64,000 bases of DNA from the human T2T-CHM13v2.0 reference genome, Homo sapiens. The notes under the pieces were generated by a model. It had not been told where the DNA came from. It saw only the letters and a program-made list of their open reading frames with translations, and made no database searches. A program made the position numbers and the translations under genes. Within the stretch, counting starts at the first letter, position 1, and every line of letters begins with the position of its first letter. This document shows, in pieces, positions 1 to 14,349 of this stretch. The stretch lies in NCBI RefSeq assembly GCF_009914755.1, contig NC_060932.1, one strand, 5' to 3'.

Positions 1-1654
1 AGAAATGGAAGAACAGTCCATGCTCATGAATAGGAAGAATCAGTATCGTGAAAATGGCCATACTGCCCAAAGTAATTTGTAGATTCAATGCCATCCCCAT
101 CAAGCTACCAATGAGTTTCTTCACAGAATTGGAAAAAACTACTTTAAATTTCATATGGAACCAAAAAAGAGCCCACATTGCCAAGACAATCCTAAGCAAA
201 ATGAACAAAGCTGGAGGCATCACCCTCCCTGACTTCCAACCATACTACAAGGTTACAGTAACCAAAAGAGCATGGTACTGGTACCAAAACAGATATATAG
301 ACCAATGGAACACAACAGAAACTTCAGAAATAACACCACACATCTACAACCATCTGATCTTTGACAAACCTGACAAAAACAAGAAATGGGGAAAGGATTC
401 ACTATTTAATAAACGGTGCTGGGAAAACTGGCTAGTCGCATGTAGAAAACTGAAACTGGATCCCTTCCTTACACCTTACACAAAAATTAATTCAAAATGG
501 ATTAAATACTTAAATGTTAGACCTAAAACCATAAAAAGCCTAGAAGAAAACCTAGGCAATACCATTCAGGACATAGGCATGGGCAAGGACTTCACGACTA
601 AAACACGAAAAGCAATGGCAACAAAAGCCAAAATAGACAAATTGGATCTAATTAAACTAAAGAGCTTCTGCATGGCAAAAGAAACTACCATCCAGGTGAA
701 CAGGCAACCTACAGAATGGGAGGAAATTTTTGCAGTCTACCCTTCTGACAAAGTGCTAATATCCAGAATCTACAAAGAACACAAACAAATTTACAAGAAA
801 AAAACAAACAACCCCATCAAAAAGTGGGCAAAGGATATCAATAGACACTTCTCAAAAGAAGCCATTTATGCAGCCAAAAAACACATGAAAAAATGCTCAT
901 CATCACTGGCCATCAGAGAAATGCAAATCAAAACCAAAATGAGATATCATCTCACACCAGTTAGAATGGCAATCATTAAAAAGTCAGGAAACAACAGATG
1001 CTGGAGAGGATGTGGAGAAATAGAACGCTTTTACACTTTTGGTGGGAGCATAAATTAGTTCAACCATTGTGGAAGTCAGTGTGGCGATTCCTCAAGGATC
1101 TAGATCTAGAATTACCATTTGACCCAGCCATCCCATTACTGGGTATATACCCAAAGGATTATAAATCATGCTACTATAAAGACACATGCACACATATGTT
1201 TATTGTGGCACTATTCACAATAGCAAAGACTTGGAACCAACCCAAATGTCCATCAATGATAGACTGGATTAAGAAACCGTGGCACATGTACACCATGGAA
1301 TACTATGCACCCATAAAAAAGGATGAGTTCATGTCCTTTGCCGGGACATGGATGAAGCTGGAAACCATCATTCTGAGCAAACTATCACAGGACAGAAAAC
1401 CAAGCACTGCATGTTCTCACTCATAGGTGGGAAGTGAACAATGAGATCACTTGGTTGCAGGGCAGGGAACATCACACACCAGGGCCTGTTGGGAGATGGG
1501 GGACTGGGTGAGGGATAGCATTAGGAGAAATACCTAATGTAAATGATGAGTTGATGGGTGCAGCAAACCAACATAGCACATGCATACCTATGTATCAAAC
1601 CTGCATGTTGTGCACATGTACCCTAGAACTTAAAGTATAGTAACAATAAAAAAA
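1..1654 (+). mobile_element. L1PA (approximately PA7/8) 3' part: ORF2 C-terminus, 3' UTR, A tail
   Basis: ORFs 48-1058 and 998-1426 are L1 ORF2p C-terminal sequence split by a frameshift; typical 3' UTR ending ccctagaacttaaagtat + A tail. Confidence 0.95.
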
Positions 1655-3225
1655 GACAGAGACTGTCAGAGTATATCAGAAGAAATTTAATAAACAAGAC
1701 CAAACTCTATGTTGTCTACAAGAAGCACCCTTTAAATGTAAAGACACAGGTAAATTAAAAGTAAAAAATTGGAGAAAGATCTTTGTGTGTGTGTAACACC
1801 AGTATCAAAATAAATGAGGCAAAATCTGATTGATAGAACTTCTAGGACAAATAGAAAAATCCTCTATAAGAGTTGACTAGTCTAACTCCCTTCTCTTAGT
1901 AATTGACACATCAACATGTAGAAAATCAGTAAGTATAGTAAGTCCTCACTTAATTCCATCAAGTTCTTCAAAACTGTGACTTGAAATGAAAGGACATACA
2001 ATGAAACCATCTTTTCTCATCAATATTATAATGAAACATTGTTGAAAAAACAATTTTTTCTTTGAGGACCTGCTCATATTGTTTCACTTAAAGTTGCATT
2101 TTCCAAGAACTTGCAGACAGACAATGTTAAGTGAGAATTTACTGTATATAATTGACCTTAATACCATGATCAGTCAACTTGATCTAGTTATATTTAGAGA
2201 ATATTCCATACAATGAGAGCAGAATAAACATTATTCTCAAGACCACACAGAACATTCTCAATTGTAGATCAAATTCTTTGTCTTACAATGTACCTTAACA
2301 AGCCTAAGCAATGAAATCCTACTATGTATGTTCTGAGACCAAAATGAAATTGAACTAGAAATCAGTAACAAAAAGAGAACTGTAAAGCCCTAAAATACTT
2401 GGAGATTAAGCAACAAATTCACAAATAACACATGGGTTAAAGTAGTCTCAAGAGAAATTTTAAAATAATTTTGAACTAAATAAAAATGAAATACAACCTA
2501 TCAAAATTTGTGAGACCCATCAAATGCAAAACTTACAGAAAAATGCACAGCATGGAATGCGTATATAATATCTAAAGTCAGAAATTTAAGCTTTCACCTT
2601 AGCAAACTAGGGAAAGAAGGTTAAAGTAAATCCAAAATAAAGAAAAGAAAACAGTACAGTAAAAATTGATAAAATAGAAAAAAAAAAGCAAATCAATAAA
2701 GGAAAATCAATGAAAGACTGGTTCTTTGAAAACATCAGTTACATTGATAAACCTCTGGCCATACCAAGAAAAATGGAAAAAAGACATAACTTATTAGTAT
2801 GAAAATGAAAGAAGGCTAACTGCTGATCAAATGAACATGTAAGCGGTAATAGAGAAATATTGTAAATAACCCTATTCTCAAATATTTTATAATCTTTATA
2901 AAAAAACAATTCATTGAACAACACAATAAAACAAAACTCACACAAGATGAAACAGATAATTCTAATAGGCCTATACATACTAAAAGAATTAAATCAATAA
3001 TTAAAACCCTTCCGTTAAATAAGCTGTCAGGCCCAGATATAGCCACCGGTGAATATAACCAAACATTTAAGTAAGAAATTACGCTAATTCTCTGCAATAC
3101 CTTTGAGGAAATAGAAGCAGGGGTGTGACTTCCTAACTCATTCGATAATGCCAGCATCGCCCCCAGTAGCAAAACCAGAAGACTTCACGAGGACGGGAAA
3201 CTACAGACCAATGTCTCTCATCAAT
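1655..3225 (+). mobile_element. Old L1M ORF2 (endonuclease region) fragments
   Basis: Decayed ORF2 motifs (ctatgttgtctacaagaag, gaaatcagtaacaaaaag, actacagaccaatgtctctcat). Confidence 0.75.
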
Positions 3226-3229
3226 TTCT

Positions 3230-4761
3230 CATAATTGTTCAGATTTTATGTCTCTCCTTTCATTCCTGATTTTATTTATTTGCATTTTCTCTCTCTCTTT
3301 TTTCTAGGTAATGTTTTATCAATTTTGTTTGCCATTTTAAAAACAGCTTTTAGTTTCACTGATTTTTGTTTGTTTGTTTTTCTGTTTTCTATTTCATTTA
3401 TTTCTGCTCTAATACTTGCTATTTTTTTTCTGCTAATTTTGGGCAAAGTTCATTTTTCTCTTTCTAGTTCTTTGAAGGGTAATGTTAGGTTGTTTATTTG
3501 AAATCTTTCTCTCTCATTTTTTAAAATGCAAGTGTTAATCACCATGAACCTCCCTGTTAGTGCTGCTTTTGCTGCAGCCCATAATTTTTGGCATGTTGCA
3601 TATTCATATTCATTTGTCTTGAGGTATTTGTTTCCATTTTGTTTTCTTCTTTGACACAAAGATTGTTCACTAGTGTTTTGTTTCATTCCCACATTCTGTA
3701 AATTTTCAAGTTTTCCTTTTGCTATTGATTTCTACTTACATCCCCTTGTGATCTGAGAAGATACTTATTCTGATTTCAATCTTCTTAAATTTGTTAACTT
3801 TTATTTTTATGATATAACATTTGATCTGTCCTGGAGAAAGAGCTGTGTGAACTTGAGAGCAACACGCATTTTGCTGCTGTTGAGTGGAATATTTCGTGTA
3901 TGTATGTTAGGTCCATTTGGTGTTTAGTATGATTCAAACTCTCTGTTTTCTTATTGATCTTCTGTTGGGATATTTTATATATTATTGAACATGTGACATT
4001 GAAGTCTCCTACCATCATTGTATTGATATCTATTTCTCCGTTTAGTTCAGTCACTGTTTGCTTTATATACTTATGTGGTCAGATGTTGGGTGCTCAGATG
4101 TCATACCTTTCTGGTGCATTGACTGTTTTATCATAACATAAAGACTTTGTCTACTGTGACACTTTTTGACAGTCTATTTTGTCTGATATAAGTCTGACCA
4201 CTTATGCTCCATTTTGGCATTTGCATGGAATATTTTTATTTATGTATGTATTTGCATGGAATATCTTGTATTTATTTGCTTTGATTACTCTTTTTGTGTG
4301 TGTGAAATTTGTATAGTTGTGTGTTGCGTGTCTGTGATTAGCTACTTGTGGCTCATATAAAGTAACTTATAAAGTCCATTTTAAGCCATTAACAATCTAA
4401 GCTCAATCACATAAAAAAACTACACATTTACACCCTCCTCCACTCTGTGTTATTGTTGTCACAATTCACATCTATTCATATTGTGTATCTTGTAACGTAT
4501 TTTTATAGTTATTTTTAATACTTTTGTCTTTTAACTTTTACAGTAAAATTAAAAGTGATTTACTCATCACCATTACAGCAACACTGTATTCTATTTTTGT
4601 CTCTATATTTATCTTTGCCAACTAGTTTTATAATTTTTTATCCTGACATTTTGCTGTTTAGCATCTTTTCATTTCAACCGGAAGAACTCCCTCTAGAATT
4701 TTTTGGTAAGGTAAATCTATTGGTGATGGATTCCCTTAATTTTGGTATGTTTGAGAAAGTC
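3230..4761 (-). mobile_element. L1M ORF1-end/ORF2 endonuclease fragment, inverted
   Basis: ORF 3794-4054 (-) INTMMVGDFN...MDLTYI is L1 endonuclease-like. Confidence 0.8.
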
Positions 4762-5935
4762 TTTACAAAAGAATGAGTTGGATTCTTATCTTACACCATA
4801 CATACAGATGGACTCAAAATGAATTAAAGAAAAATGTGACCTATATATGTAAAACTCCTAGAAGAAAGCATGAGAGAAAAGATTCATTACATTGATCTTG
4901 GCAATGATTTCATTGTGGGACTATATCAAACTATAAAGCTCTATACAGCAAATGAAACAATCAACAGAGTGAAACCTATTGAGTGGGAGAAAATATTTGC
5001 AAACCATGTATCTGATAAAGAGTTAATATCCAAAATATATAAGAATATATAAGAAATCCCTATGACCTAATAGTGAAAACAAACAAAGAACAAAATACCT
5101 TATAACTTGTTTAAAAAATGGGTTGACTTGAGTAGACATTGCTTCAAGAAAACACACAAATGGCCAACAGGTATGTGAAAAAATATGCAAATAACACTAA
5201 TCATCAAGGAAATAAAAATCAGAACCATGATGAGATATCACCTCATACCTGTCAGGATGACTATTATTTTTCAACAAATAAAGGATGTGAAGAACTTGGG
5301 ACCCTTGCATACTGTTGGTAAGGATATAAAATGGTGCAGCTGTTATGAAAAACAGTATGGAGGTTCCTCAAAAATTGAAAATAGAACTGTCATATGATCC
5401 AGCCATCCCACCAATGGAGACATATTTAAAGAAATTAAAATTAGCATCCCAAAATTAACAATTTTGTATCCATCATAGCACTATTCACAATACTCAAGAT
5501 GTGGAAACTACCTAAATGTTCATCAATAATGTGTGGGTAAAGGAAGTGTGGCATATACATGTAATGAAGGACTACTCAGCCTTTAAAATGAAAATTCTGC
5601 AATATGCAGTGACATGAATAAATCTTGAGTACATGATGCTAAGTGAAATAAGCTGTCAGAGAAAGACAAATGTTCCACAGTTCCACGTATGTGAAGTACC
5701 TAATATAGTCATATTCATATAATTAAAGAATAGAATGGTGGTTGTTGGGGTGGTAGTATGATGGGGTGGAAAATTACAAATTAATGGGCATAAAGTGTCA
5801 GTGAAGCAAGATGAGTAAGATCTAGAGATCTGCTGTACAACATTGTAGCTATAGTCAACAATAAGTACACTTAAAACTCTAACAATCTAGATCTCTCGTT
5901 AGGTAGGTGCTCTTCCTACACAAAAGAAAATAAAA
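4762..5935 (+). mobile_element. L1MA 3' end
   Basis: EWEKIFANHVSDKELISKIY and MRYHLIPVRM motifs, plus L1MA-type 3' UTR. Confidence 0.85.
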
Positions 5936-5939
5936 AATT

Positions 5940-7690
5940 TCACAAAAAATAGCATCAGAAAATAAAATACTTGCAAATAAATTTAGCCAGAAAATGTGAG
6001 ATTGTGCACTGGAAACTCCAAGTCATTACTGAGATAAATTAAAGAAGATTTAAATAAATGGAGAGGCATGCAATTTTCATAGATCAAAAGATTCACTATT
6101 GTTAAAAGAGCAGAAATCTCTAAATTTGTTTATCCATATAAGAAAATTTCTGTCAAAATCATCCATCAGGCTCTTTTGCAGAAGGTGATAAGCTGATTGT
6201 AAACCTTATTGTAAAACTCAAAGGACCAAGAATAGTTAAAATGACTTTGAAAAAAAAATGTTGGAGGAAATACACTGCCCAATATTGAAACTCACTATAA
6301 AGCTACAGTTATCAAGTCAGCGTGGTACTGTCATTAACAGACATACAGGTCAGTAAAATAGAATAAGAAACCAGAAATAGACATGCAAATATATGGAAAA
6401 TGGATTTCTAATAAATGTTCAAAGCAATACAATGGATAAACTTTAGCTTTTTAAACAAATTGTGCTAGAATAATTATATATTTATATGTAAAAAAGATAA
6501 ACTTAGAGCTGTATTTCACACCATGTTCAAAAATTAACTCAAAGTTGATTACAGACCAAAATTTAAAACTTCTAGAAGAAAACATAAGAGAAATCCTCAG
6601 GGACTTTGAGCGCAGATTTTGTAGATATGACACCAAAAATATGACCCCAAAATGTGATAAGTTGGACAACATAAAAAAATTAGGACTTTTGCTATTCAAA
6701 AGCCACTGTTAGGGGAATAAAAGGGCAAGCCACTGCCCCTTAACAAATATTTGTAAAATATATACCTGATAAAGTATTTGTATTCAGAATATATAGTGAA
6801 TCCTTGAAACTTAATTTAAAAAACCAACTCTATAAAAAAGGGGGGCAAAATAAGCACATGTAAAGACGCCCAACAACATAGGTCATTGGAGAAATGCAAA
6901 TTAAAATCACAAATAGATGCTACTCATTCCTTTAAAAATTGTTTACATTTAAAAGGGCTGACCACATTAACTTTGGCCAAGATGTGGGGGTAGGAACCAT
7001 ATACTGATATTTAAAACACTGATATTTAAAACAAAATTTATAGTTTCAGAGATTCTTAAGGAGGTAAATACAAATCACATAAATCAGCTATTATACAATT
7101 TACCCAGTAGAATAGAATGCTGATGCCCATACAAAGCCTTCCATATAAATGTATATAGTAACAATTTTTGTAATAGATAAAATCTGGTAACAATGTAAAT
7201 ATAAGTCAAAATCTATATAGTAACAATTTTTGTAATAGATAACATCTGGAAACAATGTAAATATAAATCAACAGATGATGGCTAAACAATGTGTAGTCTC
7301 TCAATACAGTGGAATACTATCAAATAATAAAAAGAAATAAACTGTTGTTATATACACCAATATGGATGAATCTCAACATTTATGCTAAATGAAACATGTT
7401 AGACTACAAAGAATACATACAGTCTTGTTCTATTTATATATAAGTATAAAAAATGAAAGCTAATTTATAATGAAAGAATGCAGACCAGATTAGTGACTGC
7501 CTGTGTGGGGAGTAGCAACATGGCAGGATCAATGGGCTTGGGAAATGTGTATGGATTATGGATATATGCATTGTTTGCATTTTTATGGTTTCATGGCGGT
7601 ACACAAATAACAAAACCTATCAAATTATGCACTTAAAGTGTGGGCATTTATTTCATGTCAATCATCTCTCAGTAAAGCTGTTAAAATAAC
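5940..7690 (+). mobile_element. L1MC/MD-like ORF2 3' part and UTR
   Basis: Decayed ORF2 3' motifs; contains a 62-bp tandem duplication at about 7152-7271. Confidence 0.7.
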
Positions 7691-8361
7691 AAAATTAAAA
7701 TAATTTATAAAAGAATTTACACTATTTTGTTGCCAACTCTCGGGCACTAGTTAAACCCATTCTTTATCAAATAAAATATTAGAAACACTTTATATTAAAT
7801 GAAAAAACTAACACATCAAAACAAAAAATATTTAAAATATTTGCCTCATGGGGTTTACATTTGTGAGCTTTCATCCAACTGTACAGTGGTGTTTGCATTT
7901 CATTTTATATGAGGAATAACTATGAAAAGAAGAAAAATACCAAAGATAAGCAAAAATGAAGACACTCATTTACTACTAATAGGAATATAATGGATACAAC
8001 CACTTAGGAAAATCACTGGAAATATTTACTAATGTTCAATGTGGGACTATGCAAGCATTGACACTTCCCGTGTATGCATATATCTGATTTTCAAACATAA
8101 TGTTGACCAAAAGACATGCTGTAGAATATTCACAGCAGCACTATTCATAATACCCCAAATTTCAAACTACCCAAATGTCTGTCAGAATATCAGAAATTAA
8201 TACCTGCTATTTCTATGCAAAGGTATAGTATGCATCAATTAGAATAAACATTTTGCAACTATAAGCAACAACATCTGTGAATTTCAAAAGTCAGTAATAA
8301 TGAACAAAGTCAGAAAACAATGTGCATGCAGTATAATTCCATTTATATAACATTTAAAATC

Positions 8362-9391
8362 TGTCAAAAATGATCCACACTCACCCTATTCAATAAATGG
8401 TGCTGAGAAAGTTGGATAGCCACATGCAGAAGAAAAAATCTATGTATTTCAACATATACAAGAATTAACTCAAGACAGGTTAACAACTTAAATGTAAGAC
8501 TTGAAAGTATAAAAATTCTTACTGAAAACCTTTTCTGGACATTGGTATAGGCAAATAATTTATGACTCAAAGACCTCAAAAACAAATGCAACGAAAGTAA
8601 AAATGGACAAATGGGGCTTCTTAATTAACCTAAAAAGCATCTGCAAAGAAAAACTAATAATCAACAAAGTAAGTGGACAACCTACAGAATGAGGGAAAAT
8701 ATTTGCAAACTATATATCAACAAAGTACTGTTATCCAGAGTCTATAAGGAACTAAAACTCCAAAAGAAAAAATATAAACAACCCCATCAAAAAAATGGCA
8801 AAAGACATGAACAGACACTTTACAAAAGAAGACATCCAAGAGGCCAAAAAACATATGAAGAAATGATCAGCATCACTAATCATCAGAGAAATGCAAATTA
8901 AAACTACAATGAGTTATGTTATCAGAATGGTTAGTATTCAAAAGTCATAAAACAACAGATGTAGGTGAAGATGTGGAGAAAAGGGAACACTTTTATACTG
9001 CTGGTGGAAATGTACATTAGTACTATAACCATGGAAAACAGTATGAAGATTTCTTAAAGAACTAAAAATAGAACTACCACTCAATCCAGGAGTCCTACTA
9101 CTTGCTAGCTACCCAAAAGAAGAGAAATCATTATACATCATATGTTCGTTGCAGAACTAGTCACAATAACAAAGTTATGGAATCAACCTAAGTGTCCATC
9201 AGTGGAGGACTGGATAAAGAACACATTATATATATATGCACACACATATATATTTATCATGTAATATATATTGATATCATATATATATCAATGGAGGACT
9301 AGATAAAGAACACATGGTGCATATATATTTATTTATATATAAAATATCTCCTCTCATTCTATAAGGTTGTCTGCCTACTTTGTTGGTTATA

Positions 9392-9464
<73 letters not shown>

Positions 9465-9870
9465 GTTTTTTATCCAGTCGTCCATTGATGAATACATATT
9501 TATATTTCTTTATATATATATCATGGAATACTACTGAGCCATAAAAAAATAAAACCATGTCTTTTGCAGCAACATGGATGGAACTGGAGGCATTAACCTA
9601 AGTGAAATAACTCAGAATCAGAAAGCCAAATACTGCATTGGCTCACTTATAAGTGGGAGCTAAACAATGGGTACACATGAACATTCACAGTGGAATAATA
9701 GACACTGGGGACTCCAAAACATTGGAAGGTGAAAGAGATATGAAGGGTGAAAAATTACCTATTGAATACAATGTACACTATTCCGATGATAGGTACACTA
9801 AAAGCCTAGACTTCACCACTGCACAATATATCCATGCAGCAAAACTGCACTTGTACCTCCTTAATCTATT
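8362..9870 (+). mobile_element. L1MA 3' end nested in an older L1 3' UTR (about 7950-10150)
   Basis: ORF2 3' motifs and UTR ending aaaactgcacttgtacctcc; (TG)n(TA)n microsatellite at 9394-9457. Confidence 0.8.
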
Positions 9871-10942
9871 TTTCAAAGTGTATACAACATGAAAAGATAC
9901 AAGTATAGTTAATGTGTCTAAATTAATAGCAAGCCAAAATGAAAGGGAAATAAGATTCATGCTCTTAGAGGCAAAATTAGTGATTTTCTTTGGGAAAGAC
10001 AGTGTCTGGTAAACTAAGTTGGGGAGTTATGTTTCCTAGATTTGTTGCTGGTTACATGGTCTTGTTCAATGTAAATGTCTTTTGAGCAGTACAACTTTAT
10101 GGCACACATTTTTGTTACTATGTTATATACATCAATAAATTTCACTAAATAAATAATAATTAAACAAACCATGATCATTGTAACGTTTGGAGAGGAGAAA
10201 GGATTAGGAAATGTCCTGCAGTGCTTTGGAATTATAACAGGATCCTTTTTGAGACCTGGAGAGTGGGTATGTGCATATTCATTTAGTTAACTCATTGCTG
10301 ATTTTGCTAATATATTTACATATTGTATACTTCTCAGAATTGTGTGATATCTCAACTTTTTAAGTATTAAAAAAAAAAGGTAATAATATGCTTATAGAAT
10401 GTCAATGAGTGGAAAGATATACACATACACACATGCACACAGATGCACATGTTATGTATAGATATATAGATATAGATGCGGATACAAGTATAGGTATAAG
10501 TATGAATTTTGTTTACATACATAGAATATAAACACTAGATGGAGAGAAATGAGTCATTTATAAATGGTTTTCTCTAAGGAAAAAACTGATTTGGCAAGCG
10601 AGTGGGATGGTGGTTTCTCAAAGTATACATTTTTTAAAATTGTAACTTAATCCCTATTACTGTATTAACTTGTAAAGTATTGATGTTACAAATAAGCTGA
10701 ATGCAGCAAACAGCACTCTAAACATGTATACAGCAGGTTAATATTAAATAAATATGTGTAAATAAACAGAAAATCTATGAAAAATATAGCACTGTAGTTT
10801 GCATTTATGTTCTATTTTTCCTAGTAGTTTGCAATGCATTAAAACTTCATTATATATACACGTATATGATTAAGTGAAAAAATATAAATTTATTTAAATA
10901 TCCACTGAGTCCCCACTAATTTATCATATGATTCATTTCTAG

Positions 10943-11102
10943 GTGACTTTTATACTGAAAAAGGCTACAATACACACTGGAACAACTGGTTTATTCTGAG
11001 TTTCTGCATTTTTCTGCCGTTTTTCATAGTTTTCACCACTGTGATCTTTAAAAGAAATGAAATAAGTAAATCATGTAACAGAGAGAATGCAGAGTATAAT
11101 CG
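10943..11102 (+). CDS. ADAM18: ADAM18 penultimate exon (transmembrane helix and start of cytoplasmic tail)
   Basis: ttctAG|GT GAC TTT...TAT AAT CG|GTaaat; 160 nt, phase 1 to 2; reads (G)DFYTEKGYNTHWNNWFILSFCIFLPFFIVFTTVIFKRNEISKSCNRENAEYN(R), recognised as the ADAM18 C-terminal region. Not in the ORF track. Confidence 0.93.
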
Positions 11103-11449
11103 GTAAATATGATATAGAATCAATGTATTAGGTTTAATTATCCTAGTCATTAACCAGTGTCATGCATTTTATATAACATTTGTTATATTAATTCTTAAAT
11201 ATACTATTTTAAATCTAATGTAAGTGGTATCTTTATAATTTTGTGTTTCAATAATTTGTTATTATATTGGGGCAAGCCAAAATTCTCAATGTTCTAGAAC
11301 TTTTCCTGATGAGTATCCTATGCTGTACCAAAGACTTACTAGGTCAGAAAAGAATATAGTTGGTAAATTATTTTAAGTGCCCTTCTAGTTAGATCTCATT
11401 ACACATTGGTGTTGGTTTTACTTACCATTTTAATATCTTTGTTCTTGTA

Positions 11450-13870
11450 ATCCGTTCAGATTTTCTGTTCTTTATTAAGTCATGTTTGGAAGCTTGTGAA
11501 TTCAAAAATATGTCCCTTTCTTCAAAATTGTATAATTTGTTACACAAAGTTATTCGTAGTATTTTCTTGTAATCATTTTAATGTCTGTAGGGTCAGTATT
11601 GAATTATCATACTTTATTCCTAATTTTGTTTATTTGCATTTTCTTTTTTTTCTTGTTCAGACCGGTTAAAGGTTTGTTAATTTTGCTGATATTTTAAAAG
11701 ATCCAACTTTTTGTTATAATTATTTTTTGCTAGTGTTATTCAGTTTTGTATTTCATTAATTACAGGTTAATATTTCTTATCTACTTTTTTTTCCTTGCTT
11801 GGGGATTGGCTAGTTCTTTTTCTAGTAGTTGTAAGGCCAATGCTTACATGATTGTTTTGAGATCTTTGTTCTTCTGATACAGGCATTTAAATCCGTAAAT
11901 TTTCCCTTAGGCTTAGCTGCATTCTATACGTTTTGATAGCATATATTTTCATTTCCATTCAGTTCAAAATATTCTGTTTTTTCTTGTGAATTCTTCCCTT
12001 GGACTCATACATTAGTTAGAAGTATATTGTTTAATTCCCAAATATTTATAGATTTCCCAGGATTTTTGCCTTGTTAATTTTCAACTTAGTTGAGCTCTGA
12101 TCACAAAATATACTTCATTTGATTTCAATCATTGTAAATTTAAAATTTTTTTAAATTTTTTGAGAATTTTTATAGGCCTAGTATATAGTCTGTCCTGAAG
12201 ACTGTTCCAAATACACTTGAATAGAAGGTGTATTTACTATTGTGAATACCCACTGCGTGGTGGGGAGTTCTATAGAATACAGGTAGGTCAAGGTGGTTGA
12301 TGGTATCGTTTAAGTCTTCTATATCCTTGCTGATTTTTTGTCTAGTTATTCTATCAGTTTTATACCACTTCACGGAAGTATAATTGATATACAAATATGT
12401 ATACATACTTAATATATACATCTTGATGAGTTTGGAAATAAGTATACCCCTTTAAACCATCATCACCATCAAGGCCATAAATATATCACCTCCCAAAGTT
12501 TCCTCCCAAATTTTATATTATTGTTGTTGCTTTACCAAGGTAAGAACACTTGATATAGATCTACCCTCTTAGCAAATATCAAGTATACAATACAGTATTG
12601 TTAGCTATAGGTACTGTGGTGTATAGTAGAGCTCCAGAATTTATCTTGCATAACTGAATCTTTGTACCCTTTAACCACCACCTTCCCATTCTCTGCTCCC
12701 GCATCTCTTGGCAACCACTGTTCTACTCTCTGCTTCTATGAATTTGATTATTTTTGAGTCCACATATAGTTAAGATCATGCAACTTTTGTCTGACATATT
12801 TCACACAAATTTTGTCTGGCATATTTCACTTGGCATAATGTCCTCTACATCTATTCATGAGATAACAAATAAGAGAATTTTCTTCATTGTTAAGGATGAG
12901 TAATCTTCCATTACATACATTTGGCACATTTTCTTTATCTATTTACCCATGATGGACATTTAGGTTGTTACCATATCATAGCTATTGTGAACAATGCTAC
13001 AATGAACATGGAAGTGCGGATATCTCTTCAAGGTCCTGATTTCAAGTCCTTTGAATTCATACCCAGAAGTGAGGTTGTCACATCATATGGTAGTTCTATT
13101 TTTCATTTATGAAGAACCGTCATACTGTTTTCCATAATGGCTATACCAATTTATATTTCCACCAACATTGTACAAGAGTTTCTTTTTCTTCATGTCTTTA
13201 CCAACCTTGCTCTCTTTTCCCTTTTTTCAATAACAACTATGTTAACCTAAGATGTAAAGTAAGCCATTCTAAATGGAAAGTAATATCTCATAGTGGTCTT
13301 CATTTATGTTTTCCTGATTATTGGTGATGTTAAGTACCTTTTGATATACCTGTTATTCAATTGTATGTATTCTTGAAGAAATATCTATTAAGCTTCTTTG
13401 ACAATTTTTAAATCAGGTTATTTGCTTTCTTGCTATTCACTTGTATGAGATCTACACACACACACACACACACATTTGTGTGTGTGTGTGTGTATATATA
13501 TAATTTGTAGAGACAGTGTCTCCGTATGTTGCGTAGGCTTGTCTAAACTCTTGAGCGCAAGTGGTCCTCCCGCCTCAGCCTCTCAAAGTACTGGGATTAC
13601 TGGCATGAGCCATGGTGCCTGGCCACCCATATATATTTTTGATATTATGAAACCCTTTATCAGATATATAGTTTACAAATACTTTGTCTCATTCTATAGG
13701 CTGCCTTTTTATTTCATTGATTGTTTCTTTTGCTATGCAAAAGCTTTTTAGTTTAATGCAATCACTTTATTTCTGCTTCTATCGCATGTGCTTTTGGTGA
13801 CATACCCAATAAAATCATTGCCCAGACCAATGGCAAGGAGCTTTCTCTCTATTTTCTGCTAGAAGTTTTA
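11450..13870 (-). mobile_element. Two L1M/L1MA fragments with an Alu monomer fragment (about 13505-13625)
   Basis: ORF 12170-12421 (-) KISKDIEDLNDTINHLDL is endonuclease-like; antisense L1MA 3' end from about 12365. Confidence 0.75.
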
Positions 13871-14349
13871 TAGTTTCAGGTAAGGATTAGGCTTTAATCT
13901 CTCTCCTGATTTCTTGGAAAGTCAGATAAACAACTTAGTTTCAGTTTGGTTACATGGCACCTTAGGGTGAATGGCTCCATTTTAGTTTCTTCTGTTGGAG
14001 ACTAGTGCAAGAACTCAGCTCAAAAATAACCTCCCATAAATTTTATTTGACAACCATCTTACAAAATCTTTCTAAGATGCAAAATTAACACACACTTAAA
14101 ACTTTTGAATAATTTAATATTACTTTCATAAAAAGTTTATTTACTTACCCAATTAGCTTAAATCTCAAATGTGACATTCTTTTACCAAAAGTAGTTACTT
14201 TTGATAGAGAAAGCTAAATTATTTTAACTGCATTCCCAGAGAAAGTTGTATACATCCTAAAAATGAATTTATAATTTATTTCTAGCTATGACATTTCTTC
14301 AATATGTCTAGTTTCCTATTAGCCTCTGACCTACTTGAACACAAGGATG

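Noticed and set aside
48-1426. Longest ORFs (336 and 142 aa) as a host gene
   Set aside because: They are frameshifted L1 ORF2p C-terminal sequence followed by an L1 3' UTR.
3230-5935. Single twin-primed (5'-inverted) L1
   Set aside because: A large stretch of L1 sequence is missing between the two parts and I found no TSD; two separate insertions are equally plausible.
7152-7271. 62-bp tandem duplication
   Set aside because: Ordinary slippage duplication inside a dead L1.
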